A DNA stretch of 64,000 nucleotides, taken from the NCBI GenBank assembly GCA_963823555.1, contig CAWGMA010000001.1:1120001-1184000 (forward strand). The letters are read 5' to 3'. Each line of letters opens with the position of its first letter. Positions within the stretch are counted from its first letter, which is position 1. The position numbers and the translations under genes are program-made. This document shows positions 37,150-48,328 of the stretch, piece by piece. The notes beneath the pieces were generated by a model that saw nothing but the letters and a program-made list of their open reading frames with translations, was not told the origin of the DNA and did not search any database. This stretch comes from Candidatus Eiseniibacteriota bacterium. Lineage in GTDB: Bacteria; Eisenbacteria; RBG-16-71-46; CAVPCR01.

Positions 37150-37932
37150 ATGTCTGCGATCATGCCCTACTTGAACTACATCATTCTTGGCCTCGTGCAA
37201 GGCGTGACCGAGTTCCTGCCTATCTCGAGCGATGGCCACCTGGTCCTCCTCGGTCACTGGATCCAGACACCCGGCGATGGCATTGCCGTGGTCATCTTCC
37301 TCCACGCGGGTAGTCTGGCCGCCCTGCTGTGGGCATTCCGCCGCGATCTTCTCGGGATCTTCAGGAGCCCGGAACCAGGGCAGGTGGGCGGGCCGAGGCT
37401 GCTCGGACTCCTCATCCTGGCGACGGTGCCTGTCGTCATCGTCGGGCCCACGCTCTACTCGGCGTTCAGCGCTGCCTTCGAATCCTCGACCCTGGCCGCG
37501 TGGATGCTGATCATCAATGGCCTCATCCTGATCTCCACCCGGGCCTCTCGCGTGGGGAATGCCACGGTCAACGTGGCCACGGCACTGGCCATGGGCTGTG
37601 TCCAGATCTTCGCCCTGCTTCCCGGTATTTCGCGTTCCGCGCTGACCATGTCCACCGGGTTCGCCCTCGGCCGTGACCGGGTGCAGGTGGCTCGCTTCTC
37701 GTTCTTGATGGCCGTGCCGGCCATCGCCGGCGCCAACATCTACGAGATCATGAAGCTCGACTCGATGAGCGGCATCGAACCGCTCGGGCTGGCGATCGGC
37801 ATCTTCACCGCATTCATCTCGGGGCTGATTGCCATCAAGGCCTTGTTGCTCCTGGTGAGGCGAGGCCGCTTCGAGTGGTTCGGCGTCTACTGCGTCTTGC
37901 TGGGCATCCTCTTCATCATCCTCGGCATCTGA
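37150..37932 (+). CDS. uppP: Undecaprenyl-diphosphatase UppP/BacA
   Basis: GLVQGVTEFLPISSDGHL, PGISRS, RFSFLM. Confidence 0.95.
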   Translation: MSAIMPYLNYIILGLVQGVTEFLPISSDGHLVLLGHWIQTPGDGIAVVIFLHAGSLAALLWAFRRDLLGIFRSPEPGQVGGPRLLGLLILATVPVVIVGPTLYSAFSAAFESSTLAAWMLIINGLILISTRASRVGNATVNVATALAMGCVQIFALLPGISRSALTMSTGFALGRDRVQVARFSFLMAVPAIAGANIYEIMKLDSMSGIEPLGLAIGIFTAFISGLIAIKALLLLVRRGRFEWFGVYCVLLGILFIILGI

Positions 37933-38148
37933 GCTTCACCCCACCCGTCTGGTCATCGTTCCTCGTCCCTCGTCTACGTAGTTGGAGGGGATGATGTCTC
38001 CACCGGCCTGGTCTCCGCGCCGTGTGTGTGCTACATTGCCGCGCAACTCGCGGGCCCTCGCCCCGAGCAGCGCAGCATGACAGGCCAGGGTGTCTCGCAC
38101 GCGCGATGGATTTCAGCACGAGTGCGAGCTCTCAACTTGGAGGTTCCC

Positions 38149-39301
38149 ATGGCCGACGACGTGGCGATCGGCCCGGATGTGTGCGGGGAAGTGGTTCCAC
38201 TTCGAGAATCCGCCGCGCGCGCCCTGGCCGAGCTGCTGGCCGATCGCCTGCACCTGGCCGCCATCGCGGTCGCTGCTGATGGCCGCATCGAGCTGGCCAA
38301 TCGTGCCGCCGCAACGCTCTTCGCCACGGCCGAGCACGGCCTCCTCGGCATCCCGGTGACCGACGTGCTTGGCGCGAGCCCCGTGCTCGTCCGAACGCTG
38401 GAGGCGGCCCGGGGTGGCGCCGGCGGCACGCTGGACCTCTCGCCTCAAGGCGACCACGAGCCTGCGTTCCACCTGAGCATCCTCCCGGTTCCCAAGACCG
38501 GCGGTGCGCTCCTCCTCATTGCGGCCCACGCCGCGGCGAGCGCGGAGGAGGATTCGACTCACCGCCTGGCTGCGCTCGGCCGCCTCTCGGCCGGCATGGC
38601 GCACGAGATCCGCAATCCGTTGTCGGGAATCGGCACCAATGCCCAGGTTCTACGCCGGCGTTTCGAGGATGGTGATTCCCGGATTCGGTTCGTGGACTTC
38701 ATCCTCGAAGAGGTCACCCGGCTCGATCGCATCATCGAGGACCTCCTGCGTTTCGCCCGTCCACCCGAGCCGCGTCTGGCTCAGCACGACCTGCGCGAAG
38801 CGATCGCCCGGGTCCTCACCCTGGCGCGAGGACGAATCGACAAGACCGGAGTCGAGGTCGATGTCACCGTGGAAGGCGAGCCCCCGGCCGCCTTTGTCGA
38901 TGCCGATCAGATCGCCCAGGTCCTGTTGAACATCGTGCTCAATGCGGTCCAGGCCATGCCCCAGGGCGGCCGACTCACCATCATCCTCAAGGCCGTCGAA
39001 CGTTTGGCGCCCGTGGTCGGTCGCACCGGTCGCCGGGCAGACGATGGCGCCGCCAGCGGTGGCTCCACGGTTCCCCTGCGCCGCTTCCTCGAGATCGAAG
39101 TCCGAGACACGGGTGTCGGCATCGACCGTGGCGACCTGCCCAAGCTGTTCGAACCCTTCTTCACCACGCGCCCGAGCGGTACCGGGCTTGGCCTTTCCAC
39201 GTCCCAGGCGCTGGTGCGCCAGCATGGCGGAGCAATCAGCGTCGAGAGCGAACTGGGGAAGGGGACGGTGGTCACCATCCTGATCCCCGTGGAGAAGCGA
39301 C

Positions 39302-39315
<14 letters not shown>
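38149..39315 (+). CDS. Cytoplasmic sensor histidine kinase (PAS-like + HisKA + HATPase; NtrB/AtoS-like)
   Basis: AHEIRNPL H-box, LNAVQAM N-box, DTGVGI, FEPFFTT, GTGLGL. Confidence 0.92.
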
Positions 39316-40771
<1,456 letters not shown>

Positions 40772-40802
40772 CCTCCGGCCGCTCAGCGCCGTCCGGCGGT
40801 GC

Positions 40803-40837
40803 GGGCGGTATTTCGCCAGGACCCGTGCATACCGCCC
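40803..40837 (+). terminator. 9-bp inverted repeat downstream of the activator gene (possible terminator, no U-tract)
   Basis: GGGCGGTAT-N17-ATACCGCCC. Confidence 0.3.
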
Positions 40838-40865
40838 TCGGGGCTCGCGTTCTGCACGCCCGGGG

Positions 40866-40903
40866 TGAGCCACCTCTTTCCGGTGCTGGCTCATTTCTGA
40901 TCC
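40866..40903. promoter_or_regulatory. Candidate upstream activator sequence for a sigma54 activator
   Basis: TGAGCCA-N14-TGGCTCA inverted repeat overlapping GGCTCA-TTTC-TGATCC, about 135-170 bp upstream of the -24 element. Confidence 0.4.
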
Positions 40904-41034
40904 CTCCCGGCCTCGCCCTGCCCGCCGCCCCGCTCCCGGAAGCCGATCGCCCGGCGCCCTCTACGGCGCGGAACGCTCGTTCCAGTCGCGGCTTCCGCCT
41001 TCTGTTCAGCCCCCCGGACCCGGCCTCGAGGGCC

Positions 41035-41050
41035 GGGCATGGCCCTTGCA
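41035..41050 (+). promoter_or_regulatory. sigma54 (-24/-12) promoter for the receiver-sigma factor operon
   Basis: GGGCATGGCCCTTGCA versus consensus TGGCACG-N4-TTGCW. Intergenic, next to a sigma54 activator gene. Confidence 0.65.
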
Positions 41051-41116
41051 GCCTGCCTCCCGTGGTGTCTTTCGCCCCAGCCAGGTTCGGCGCCCATCCA
41101 GGGCGGTCGAACCTGG

Positions 41117-41521
41117 ATGACCTCTGCGAGGAAGCGTCCGGTGTCCAAGGTCACCAAGTCCATCCTCATCGTGGATGACGAGCAGGCCACTGCCTGGGCT
41201 CTGGCCGAGGGGCTCAGCGAAGAAGGGTTTGCGATCCGCACCGCCCATTCGGCCACCGAGGCCGAGGCGGCGTTCGCGACCCAGCCCGCCGACCTCGTCA
41301 TCACCGATCTCCGCCTCCCGGATCGCAATGGATTCGAGTTGCTCCTGCGGCTTGGAGTCAATGGTTCGCGACCGCTGGCGATCATCGTGAGCGCGTGGGG
41401 TGGGCCTGAGATCGAGCAGAGCGTGAAACGGAGCGGAGCGCTCGCCTATGTCCAGAAGCCGTTTGATGTCGAGAGGTTGAAGGAAATGGTGGCGGGGGCG
41501 TTGGCCCCGACCTCCCGCTGA
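41117..41521 (+). CDS. Single-domain response regulator (CheY-like)
   Basis: ILIVDDE, ITDLRLP (phospho-Asp), IVSA, QKPF. Confidence 0.9.
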   Translation: MTSARKRPVSKVTKSILIVDDEQATAWALAEGLSEEGFAIRTAHSATEAEAAFATQPADLVITDLRLPDRNGFELLLRLGVNGSRPLAIIVSAWGGPEIEQSVKRSGALAYVQKPFDVERLKEMVAGALAPTSR

Positions 41522-41546
41522 GCGCCCAACCGAGCGAGGAGAGCTC

Positions 41547-42491
41547 ATGTCGCGAACTCTCGAAGCCCAGCTGATCGAAGAGGTCGAAACGCAGAAGCCG
41601 CAGCCGCGCTCGGCTCGCGCCGGGCATCTGCCGCGCCGGTCAGCGGAATCGGCCAAGGCCCCCCGCGAGCATGGGAGCCACGGGAAGCGGGCGAACGGCC
41701 ACCCCGTCAACGGCCACCCGATCAACGGACATCGCCTGAAGGAAGTGGCGCTGCCCGTGAACGGGCGTGGCCGCGAGCGTGAGCGGCAGGTCGAGGATGT
41801 CCTCTCTCGCTACTCGCCGCTCGTCAAGTACGTCGTGGACAAGATCTCAGCCACTCTGCCCAAGACGGTTGATCTCGATGACTTGAACAGCTCGGCGGTC
41901 ATCGGTCTCTATGACGCCTGGGAGAAGTTTGACTCGACGCGGGGCACTAAGTTCGAGACCTATGCCGTGTGGCGGATTCGCGGCGCGGTGCTCGACGAAC
42001 TGCGCGCCCTCGACTGGGCCTCCCGCACGACGCGGCGCAAGGCGCGCCACGTGGAGGAGGTGAGCCGCGACCTGGATCAGAAGCTGGGACGGGCCGCGAG
42101 CGACAATGAAATCGCCGAAGCGCTGGGTCTCGATGTCCAGGAGTTCTTCCGTCTCTCGGATCAGGTGCAGAACGCCATCCACCTCTCCCTCGAGCGACCC
42201 CAGTCCCATGACGAGTCATCCGATGTGATGGGGCTAGGTGAGGCGCTCGAGGCCGAGGACACGGTGGATTCCCTGCAGGTGATCGAGCTCGAAGAGGCTC
42301 GGGCCATCTTGCTCGGAGCCATCAACCATTTGCCCGAGCAGGAGCGACTCGTCGTTGCCCTCTACTACTACGAAGAGCTCACCCTCAAGGAGATAGGGGA
42401 GATCCTCGGCATATCCGAATCGCGGGTGTCGCAGGTGCACACCAAGGCCATTCGCCGCCTCCGCCGGCGAGTGCCGGAGCTCGCGGCCTGA
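41547..42491 (+). CDS. FliA/WhiG-family (sigma28-like) RNA polymerase sigma factor
   Basis: KFETYAVWRIRGAVLDELRALDW, LYYYEELTLKEIGEILGISESRVSQVH. Confidence 0.95.
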   Translation: MSRTLEAQLIEEVETQKPQPRSARAGHLPRRSAESAKAPREHGSHGKRANGHPVNGHPINGHRLKEVALPVNGRGRERERQVEDVLSRYSPLVKYVVDKISATLPKTVDLDDLNSSAVIGLYDAWEKFDSTRGTKFETYAVWRIRGAVLDELRALDWASRTTRRKARHVEEVSRDLDQKLGRAASDNEIAEALGLDVQEFFRLSDQVQNAIHLSLERPQSHDESSDVMGLGEALEAEDTVDSLQVIELEEARAILLGAINHLPEQERLVVALYYYEELTLKEIGEILGISESRVSQVHTKAIRRLRRRVPELAA

Positions 42492-42569
42492 CGCCGCCAA
42501 GCGAGCCAGGACGCGGCTGGGCGTACCCGGCATTGGGTCAAGGTCGATAGAGAACAAGCGAGGGAGAGC

Positions 42570-43904
42570 ATGGCGCGCAGGAATGGACGCGGTTCGAAGA
42601 GTCTGGCAGAGACCATCACCCAGTTCGAGCGCTCGGAGCTCAGGCTCCTGCGCTCGGCAAGCCTGGCCCAGGTCTTGAGTCAACGTGAGGCGGAGCGGCT
42701 CGAAGAACGGTTCACCCAATCGTCTTCGCAGAAGCGGTCATCGGATGTGCTGGCCGCGGCCATCCACCTCAACAAGCTGCTGAGTGCTTCCTTGCGCGAC
42801 GCGGCGGCGAGCGAGAAGCCGGGAGTGCAGCCGCAGTTCGAGGTGCTGGCCGAGATGGCCGGAGCGCTCCGGGGTGAGGCTCGTCCCGCCGACGCCCTGG
42901 TGCAGCTTCTCACGCTCCTGGGTCAGCTCGTTCCCTATACGCGGGCGACCGTCTTCGTCTTCGACGAGCTCAAGCAACGGCTCGATCCGATGGCTGCAGT
43001 GGGGGGTCGCGTGGACCTCATCGAAGGGGTCTCGTTCGAGCTGGGGAGCGGCTTCTCATCGTGGGTCGCCAAGCGCAAGAAGCCGACTCTTCTCACCGAC
43101 CTGCAGCGCCCGGCGGCCGAGGGCGAGGAGCCGCTGCGCTGCTTCATGTCGGTGCCGGTGCTGGTGCACGGCGAACTGGTCGGTGTCCTCAACCTCGGGC
43201 ACCGGGAGGCGCGCGCCTTCGATGAGGATCACCTGCGTCTGGTGAGCGCTGTGGCCTCGTTCCTGGGCGCGACGCTGACGCGGGAGGTGACCGCGCTCAG
43301 GCTTGCCGCGCAGGCGGCCAACGATCCCCTGACCGGAGTTCTCACTGCCAAGCAGCTCGAACGCCGGAGCTATGAGGAGACCGATCGCAGCCGGCGCTAC
43401 GGTGATCCGCTCACCCTCCTGCTGCTCAAGGTGTCATCGTTTCCCGAATTCGTGGCCGCCCACGGTCTGGGCACCGCCGAAGCGATGCTTCGTGAGCTCG
43501 GGTCGGTGCTCAAGTCCACCGTTCGCTGCGTCGATCCGGTCGGGCGCGTCGGTACCGACGAGTTCGCCATGCTCCTCGTGCACACGACGGCACCTGAAGC
43601 CACGGCGGCTGCCGAGCGTCTCGTCGAGGCGGTGAGCCGGCACAGCTTCCCGCGCCGCAAGCGGATCAAGGTCGATCATGCGCTCGCCGCTTTCCCGGAG
43701 GGCGGCGAGGACTTGCGTGAGCTTCTGGCCAGCGCCCGCCAGCGACTGGCAGTGGCGGGCACCACCTCTTCAGCATCTCCGGCTGGCGATGCGGCGAACC
43801 CATCTCAGGCCGCCGCGGCCGGCGAGCCTGGGCATGGCGGCGCGGATCCGGAACGGCCCTTCGGGTCCCTCGATTCATTCGCCGACCAGGAAGACGAGTC
43901 GTAG
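42570..43904 (+). CDS. GAF + degenerate GGDEF (GTDEF) domain protein
   Basis: GAF (FMSVPVLVHGELVGVLNL...FDEDH). DPLTG, RCVD I-site, RVGTDEF. Confidence 0.85.
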   Translation: MARRNGRGSKSLAETITQFERSELRLLRSASLAQVLSQREAERLEERFTQSSSQKRSSDVLAAAIHLNKLLSASLRDAAASEKPGVQPQFEVLAEMAGALRGEARPADALVQLLTLLGQLVPYTRATVFVFDELKQRLDPMAAVGGRVDLIEGVSFELGSGFSSWVAKRKKPTLLTDLQRPAAEGEEPLRCFMSVPVLVHGELVGVLNLGHREARAFDEDHLRLVSAVASFLGATLTREVTALRLAAQAANDPLTGVLTAKQLERRSYEETDRSRRYGDPLTLLLLKVSSFPEFVAAHGLGTAEAMLRELGSVLKSTVRCVDPVGRVGTDEFAMLLVHTTAPEATAAAERLVEAVSRHSFPRRKRIKVDHALAAFPEGGEDLRELLASARQRLAVAGTTSSASPAGDAANPSQAAAAGEPGHGGADPERPFGSLDSFADQEDES

Positions 43905-43934
43905 CAGGGAGAGGGAGAAAGGTCTGATCGCCGT

Positions 43935-45665
43935 ATGAGCACCCCGGCCAGGATCCTCGTCGTCGATGACGAGCCGGACATCCGGGAGATCCTCGAGGAC
44001 TTCCTGACGCCGCGTGGCCATGAAGTGGAGGCGGTGGGGACCGCCGAGGAAGCCCTCGCGCGCCTGGCGCCGGGGCACTTCGCGGCCATGATCCTCGACC
44101 TCAAGCTCCCCGGACGTGATGGGCTTGCGCTCCTGGCCGAGGTCCGTGGGTTGGACCCAGAGCTCGCGGTCATCATCATCACCGGCTATGCCACCGCTGA
44201 CTCCGCCATCGTGGCCCTTCGCCGCGGGGCCGATGACTATCTGCAGAAGCCGTTCGAGCTCGAATCGCTCGCTGCGGCCCTCGAGCGGGCCCTCGAGCGC
44301 CGGCAACTGAAGCGGCAGAACCGCGTCCTCGTCGCCCGCCTCCGGCGCGCCAACAAGAAGCTCGGCCGGCGCGGGCTGGAGTTGCAGGAACGCGTGGCCG
44401 AGGCCACGCGCAATCTGCGCCTGCTGCTCGATCTTGCCCGCGGTCTCGGCAAGGACCTCGATCTGGCGCAGACGCTCCATGGGGTCGCCGAGCGCGCCGT
44501 GGCACTCACGCATGCCCGTCTCGGGCTCGTCTTCCTGCGCACGGCTGCCGGCGGTCGCTTCGAGCTCGAGGCGGCAGCCCCGGCGGGCGGCCTCCCCGAG
44601 CCCGAGGCTTCCTTCGGTCCCGGGGAGGGCCTGGCTGGCCACGCGGTTCTGTTCGGCCGTACCCTGGCCCTGGGTCCCGAGACCGATCCCCTGGAGACCA
44701 CCGATCCGCTGAATGTCTTCGCTCCGGCGAGCGCGCTCGCCGTGCCGCTGGTCTGGGAGGGAACGGCGATCGGAACGCTGGTCCTCATCGACAGCCAGAG
44801 CGAGCGATCGGCGGGAGAGACGGGGGAGACGGCTCTGGTGAGCGGCTTCAGTGCCGAGGAGCAGGATCTGGCGCAGACCTTCGCCGCCCATGCCGCCGTC
44901 GCCATCCGCAATGCCCAGATCTACGAGGAGGCTCGCCGCCTCGACCGACTGCAATCCGAGTTCATCGCCGCGGTGTCCCACGAGCTGCGGACGCCGCTGA
45001 CCAAGATGAAGGCCTCGCTCGAGATCCTGGATACCTACTACGCACCTCAGCTCGATGCCTCGGCCCGGGAACTGCTTACGATCTCCGACGGGGCCGTGCG
45101 CCAGCTGGAGGATCAGATCGAGCTCATCCTCGCCTCGGCCGAGGTCGAGGGCGAGATCCAGCTCGATACCGCCGACATTCCCGCCAGCGAGATCCTCGAG
45201 GAAGCGGTCCGTCGTCTGCTGCCGGTCGCCTCACGCAAGGGCATCCGGATCGATGTCAAGGCGACGCCCGCCGGAGTCATGGTGCGCGTCGACCGGCAGC
45301 GCTTCATCCGCGTGCTGGCCAATCTTCTCTCCAACGCGGTCAAGTTCTCCGAGAACGGAGAGCATGTGCAGATCGAAACCGAGGTGGTCGAGAATCGCGT
45401 GCGCTTCCACGTCATCGATCGGGGCGTGGGTATCGAACCCCGGGATCAGGCCCACATCTTCCGTCGCTTCGCCCAGCTCGACGGCTCGTTGACGCGACGC
45501 GCCGGAGGGACCGGTCTCGGGCTCTCGGTGTCGCGCGCGCTGGTCGAGCGCCACGGCGGTTCGATCACCGTTCTCAGCCGACCGGGAGTCGGCAGCACCT
45601 TCACGGTCGAGGTCCCGGTGGCCGCCGCCAGCGCCGGCAACGAGCGCATCGTCAGCGCCGCCTAG
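43935..45665 (+). CDS. Hybrid sensor kinase REC-GAF-HisKA-HATPase
   Basis: ILVVDDE, ILDLKLPG, GAF, VSHELRTPL, NLLSNAVKF, DRGVGI, GGTGLGL. Confidence 0.93.
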   Translation: MSTPARILVVDDEPDIREILEDFLTPRGHEVEAVGTAEEALARLAPGHFAAMILDLKLPGRDGLALLAEVRGLDPELAVIIITGYATADSAIVALRRGADDYLQKPFELESLAAALERALERRQLKRQNRVLVARLRRANKKLGRRGLELQERVAEATRNLRLLLDLARGLGKDLDLAQTLHGVAERAVALTHARLGLVFLRTAAGGRFELEAAAPAGGLPEPEASFGPGEGLAGHAVLFGRTLALGPETDPLETTDPLNVFAPASALAVPLVWEGTAIGTLVLIDSQSERSAGETGETALVSGFSAEEQDLAQTFAAHAAVAIRNAQIYEEARRLDRLQSEFIAAVSHELRTPLTKMKASLEILDTYYAPQLDASARELLTISDGAVRQLEDQIELILASAEVEGEIQLDTADIPASEILEEAVRRLLPVASRKGIRIDVKATPAGVMVRVDRQRFIRVLANLLSNAVKFSENGEHVQIETEVVENRVRFHVIDRGVGIEPRDQAHIFRRFAQLDGSLTRRAGGTGLGLSVSRALVERHGGSITVLSRPGVGSTFTVEVPVAAASAGNERIVSAA

Positions 45666-45710
45666 GCGAGAGCTCTCCCGGACCGACTCGAGGCCGACTC
45701 GAATCGCCGC

Positions 45711-46448
45711 CTAGCCGCCGCTCGGTCGTGGGGTGCCCTTGCGCAGCACGAGGATGAAGTCGCTGTTCAAGGGATCGATGCGGCCGAGCGACACGATCCG
45801 CCCGATCAGGCCTCCCGCCGACAGGATCGCGTTCAAGAGCGGATGATTCTTGCGCAGGCGGCGCTGCATCAGGGACTCGTAAGCCGAGAAGTACTCGACG
45901 GTGAGCCCCGCCTCCCGGGCGAATCGATGGAGTGCGCGCGGAGTGGTCGCCGGGCGAAGGTAGGTGGGGAATGGCCCCCGGCTCTCGGTTCCGGCCCGCG
46001 ACACGCCCCACAGTCGCCGGTAGGCCCAGACATGGAAGCGATAGGGCGTGAGCTTGGTGATGATCCCCTTGATCGAGACCAGGTTGGGGAGCGCGAGGAC
46101 CATGAGCCCGCCGGCCTTGGTGGCGCGGACCAGGTTGGCGAGGGCCTTCTCGGGCCGCCGCAAGTGCTCGAGCACGTCCCAGCACACGATGACATCGAAC
46201 TGATCGGCCGGCGCATCCCAGGTTTCGAGGTCGGCCACGATCGCTTCCGCGATCCTGTCGTGGCGAGACAGCTGTTCGGCCGAGATGTCGACTCCGACCA
46301 CGTGAGCCGAGCCGAGATCGACGTGGCTGAGTGAGCCGCAGCCGGCCTCGAGCACTCGGGGCTGGCCCGAGCTCGCGCCCAGCCGATCGAGCACCGCTTG
46401 CAGCTTGGCGATCTCGGGGTCGAGATGTCGATGGGCGGGGCCGCTCAT
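45711..46448 (-). CDS. Class I SAM-dependent methyltransferase
   Basis: VLEAGCGS, VGVDIS, FDVIVCWDVLEHL, KAGG. Confidence 0.88.
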   Translation of the reverse strand: MSGPAHRHLDPEIAKLQAVLDRLGASSGQPRVLEAGCGSLSHVDLGSAHVVGVDISAEQLSRHDRIAEAIVADLETWDAPADQFDVIVCWDVLEHLRRPEKALANLVRATKAGGLMVLALPNLVSIKGIITKLTPYRFHVWAYRRLWGVSRAGTESRGPFPTYLRPATTPRALHRFAREAGLTVEYFSAYESLMQRRLRKNHPLLNAILSAGGLIGRIVSLGRIDPLNSDFILVLRKGTPRPSGG

Positions 46449-46467
46449 GCCGCTCTTCTTCTCATGC

Positions 46468-48075
46468 CTACCGCTCGATGCCGATCATGACGCGACCGAT
46501 CACGCCGGAGACGTCGCGTGCGGGGTCGTGATTCGCGTTCGTGACCCAGGCGTTGCCGAGCTCGATCGTTGCGGAGAAGGGGCGGGCCGGGCGGAAACGG
46601 AACGAACCAAGAAGACGCCATTGCCCCTCGACGGTACCCCCGAACTCGCTCGCATCAGCCCCGGTCTCCGCCGGGTCGTCGGGGTCCCAGTAGACGCCCA
46701 GGCCATCCTCGCCGCGGTCGAGGCGCTGGCCGATGACGCCGAGCTCGAGCCCGGGGCGGACTTCGACCGCGCCGCGCAGGTGAATGAGACGGCTGTCGGG
46801 TCCCTCCGGATAACCGAGAGGGAAGTCCTGGTGGGCGAAGTCGGCAGCATAGAAGACGCTGTAGACGTAGCGCCAGACCCGGGTCCACTCGGCCACCAGG
46901 GTGGCCGACCGGCCGCGCACATCCCCCGCGAGAAAGGTCCCCAGCTGGTAGCCGATCCGAGTCGGCGACTGCGAGGTCTCGGTCCCCAGATCATCGATCA
47001 GGAGCTCGCCGTAGATCTCGACACCGGCCCGCGGCTGATAGCTGGCATCGATGTCCCACATCACGTTGTTGCGCACCATCGCGTCGCTTTCCCGCGAGTC
47101 GTTGTCGCGCTCGAGCAAGCGGCCGACGAGTGGGTAGGGGATGATACCCACCAGGTACAGGGGCTCGATCCCATCCGCGTTGTAACGCGCCCCCTCGGCG
47201 AAGGCCAGGCGGAGCTTGCGGTTCACCTGCCAGTTGAGGCGGTGGTAGGCGACGAAGCGGTTCTCGGCCTGGCTGAGGGCGCCGTTGACGATGACCGCAT
47301 GCAGGCGCCGGTCGAGGAAGAAGCGCTCGAGGCGAATCTGCGTGAACGGTCGCGAGGTGGGCGAGATGAGGAGGGAGCCGGTCGTCCCGGGGCCGAAGCC
47401 GATTCGATCGCGACCGAAGTGGATGTCGGCGATGCGCGTGTGCAGCGCGGCGAACACCCGGTCCTGGTAGATGATGATGTCGGAGTCCGGGATCAGCGGA
47501 TCGGCGAACTCGTGGCCGCCTTCGACATTGGCGACGTAGAGGTCGGCGAACAGGTGGAAGCTCGGCCACACCATCCAGGAGATGTTGAAGCCGAAGCGGG
47601 TGGAGTCGGTGAGAACGAAGCCGCGCTCGGGGGCCGCCTCGGCCCGGAAGCCGGCGAACGCCGACACGGAGAGCCGGCTGTCCGTGTCGCCGACGCGGAG
47701 GAGCACGGGCTCGGGGCTCGCCGTCGAGTCGAGCCCGCTCGTCCGGAGCGGGTCGGCGAGCGTCGCACGGGCGCGCCCGAGCGCGGGAGCGCCGCTCCGG
47801 AGGGAGTCCGCCGCCACCGCGCGAGCGAGTTCGTAGGCCGGCTGGGGCCGCGCGGTGAGTCCGGGGACCGCGATCTCGCCGCGTACGACGAGCGTCCGGA
47901 GGTCCTCGTACACCGGGGCCGCGACCGGGACGGGGTCGGGGGCCCGCCCATTCCCGGGCGTGGGCTCATCGCCGGCGTCCGCCGCGCCGGTCAGCGCGGC
48001 GAGGATCAGGGCAGCCATGAAGGGCAAGAAGCGAGCGCGCGCCGAGGCCGCGTTCGCGTCCGGGGGATGGTGCAT
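46468..48075 (-). CDS. Wzi-like (capsule assembly) outer-membrane beta-barrel protein
   Basis: Signal peptide, FGRDRIGFGPG..GSLLIS, YGELLIDD, LGYPEGPDS, amphipathic strands. Confidence 0.7.
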   Translation of the reverse strand: MHHPPDANAASARARFLPFMAALILAALTGAADAGDEPTPGNGRAPDPVPVAAPVYEDLRTLVVRGEIAVPGLTARPQPAYELARAVAADSLRSGAPALGRARATLADPLRTSGLDSTASPEPVLLRVGDTDSRLSVSAFAGFRAEAAPERGFVLTDSTRFGFNISWMVWPSFHLFADLYVANVEGGHEFADPLIPDSDIIIYQDRVFAALHTRIADIHFGRDRIGFGPGTTGSLLISPTSRPFTQIRLERFFLDRRLHAVIVNGALSQAENRFVAYHRLNWQVNRKLRLAFAEGARYNADGIEPLYLVGIIPYPLVGRLLERDNDSRESDAMVRNNVMWDIDASYQPRAGVEIYGELLIDDLGTETSQSPTRIGYQLGTFLAGDVRGRSATLVAEWTRVWRYVYSVFYAADFAHQDFPLGYPEGPDSRLIHLRGAVEVRPGLELGVIGQRLDRGEDGLGVYWDPDDPAETGADASEFGGTVEGQWRLLGSFRFRPARPFSATIELGNAWVTNANHDPARDVSGVIGRVMIGIER

Positions 48076-48081
48076 CGGCGC

Positions 48082-48111
48082 ATGCTAGGGAGGAGGCGAG
48101 AGCGAAGTCAA
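48082..48111 (-). promoter_or_regulatory. sigma70 promoter 6 nt before the ATG of the Wzi-like gene (probably leaderless)
   Basis: Minus strand reads TTGACT-N18-TAGCAT-GCGCCG-ATG. Confidence 0.55.
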
Positions 48112-48160
48112 GCTGGCTGGTGTGTCTCCCGAAGCGCGTAGCTCGTTTTGGGTTGGCGGT

Positions 48161-48190
48161 TTGACCGCCGGAAACCCCGTGTGCTAGCGT
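48161..48190 (+). promoter_or_regulatory. sigma70 promoter of valS
   Basis: TTGACC-N18-TAGCGT with extended TG, followed by a perfect 10-bp hairpin at 48198-48224. Confidence 0.5.
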
Positions 48191-48328
48191 CCCTGAGCGG
48201 GTCCCGGAGGTGCGCCGGGACCCGTCTCGCATCGGGTCGTCACACCGCCCAGAGCCGCCGCTTCCCATCCCCGGCGAGTTTCTTCTCCTGCGCCGACCAC
48301 CCGGCGAGAGGAGCGTTGGGAGTCTCCC

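Noticed and set aside
42524..42550. sigma28 promoter (GTCGATAG) before the GAF-GGDEF gene
   Set aside because: The -35 position reads TACC rather than TAAA and the -10 has two mismatches, which is too weak.
48191..48328. T-box riboswitch in the valS leader
   Set aside because: The leader is too short and has no T-box UGGNACC bulge or specifier stem. Only one simple hairpin is present.
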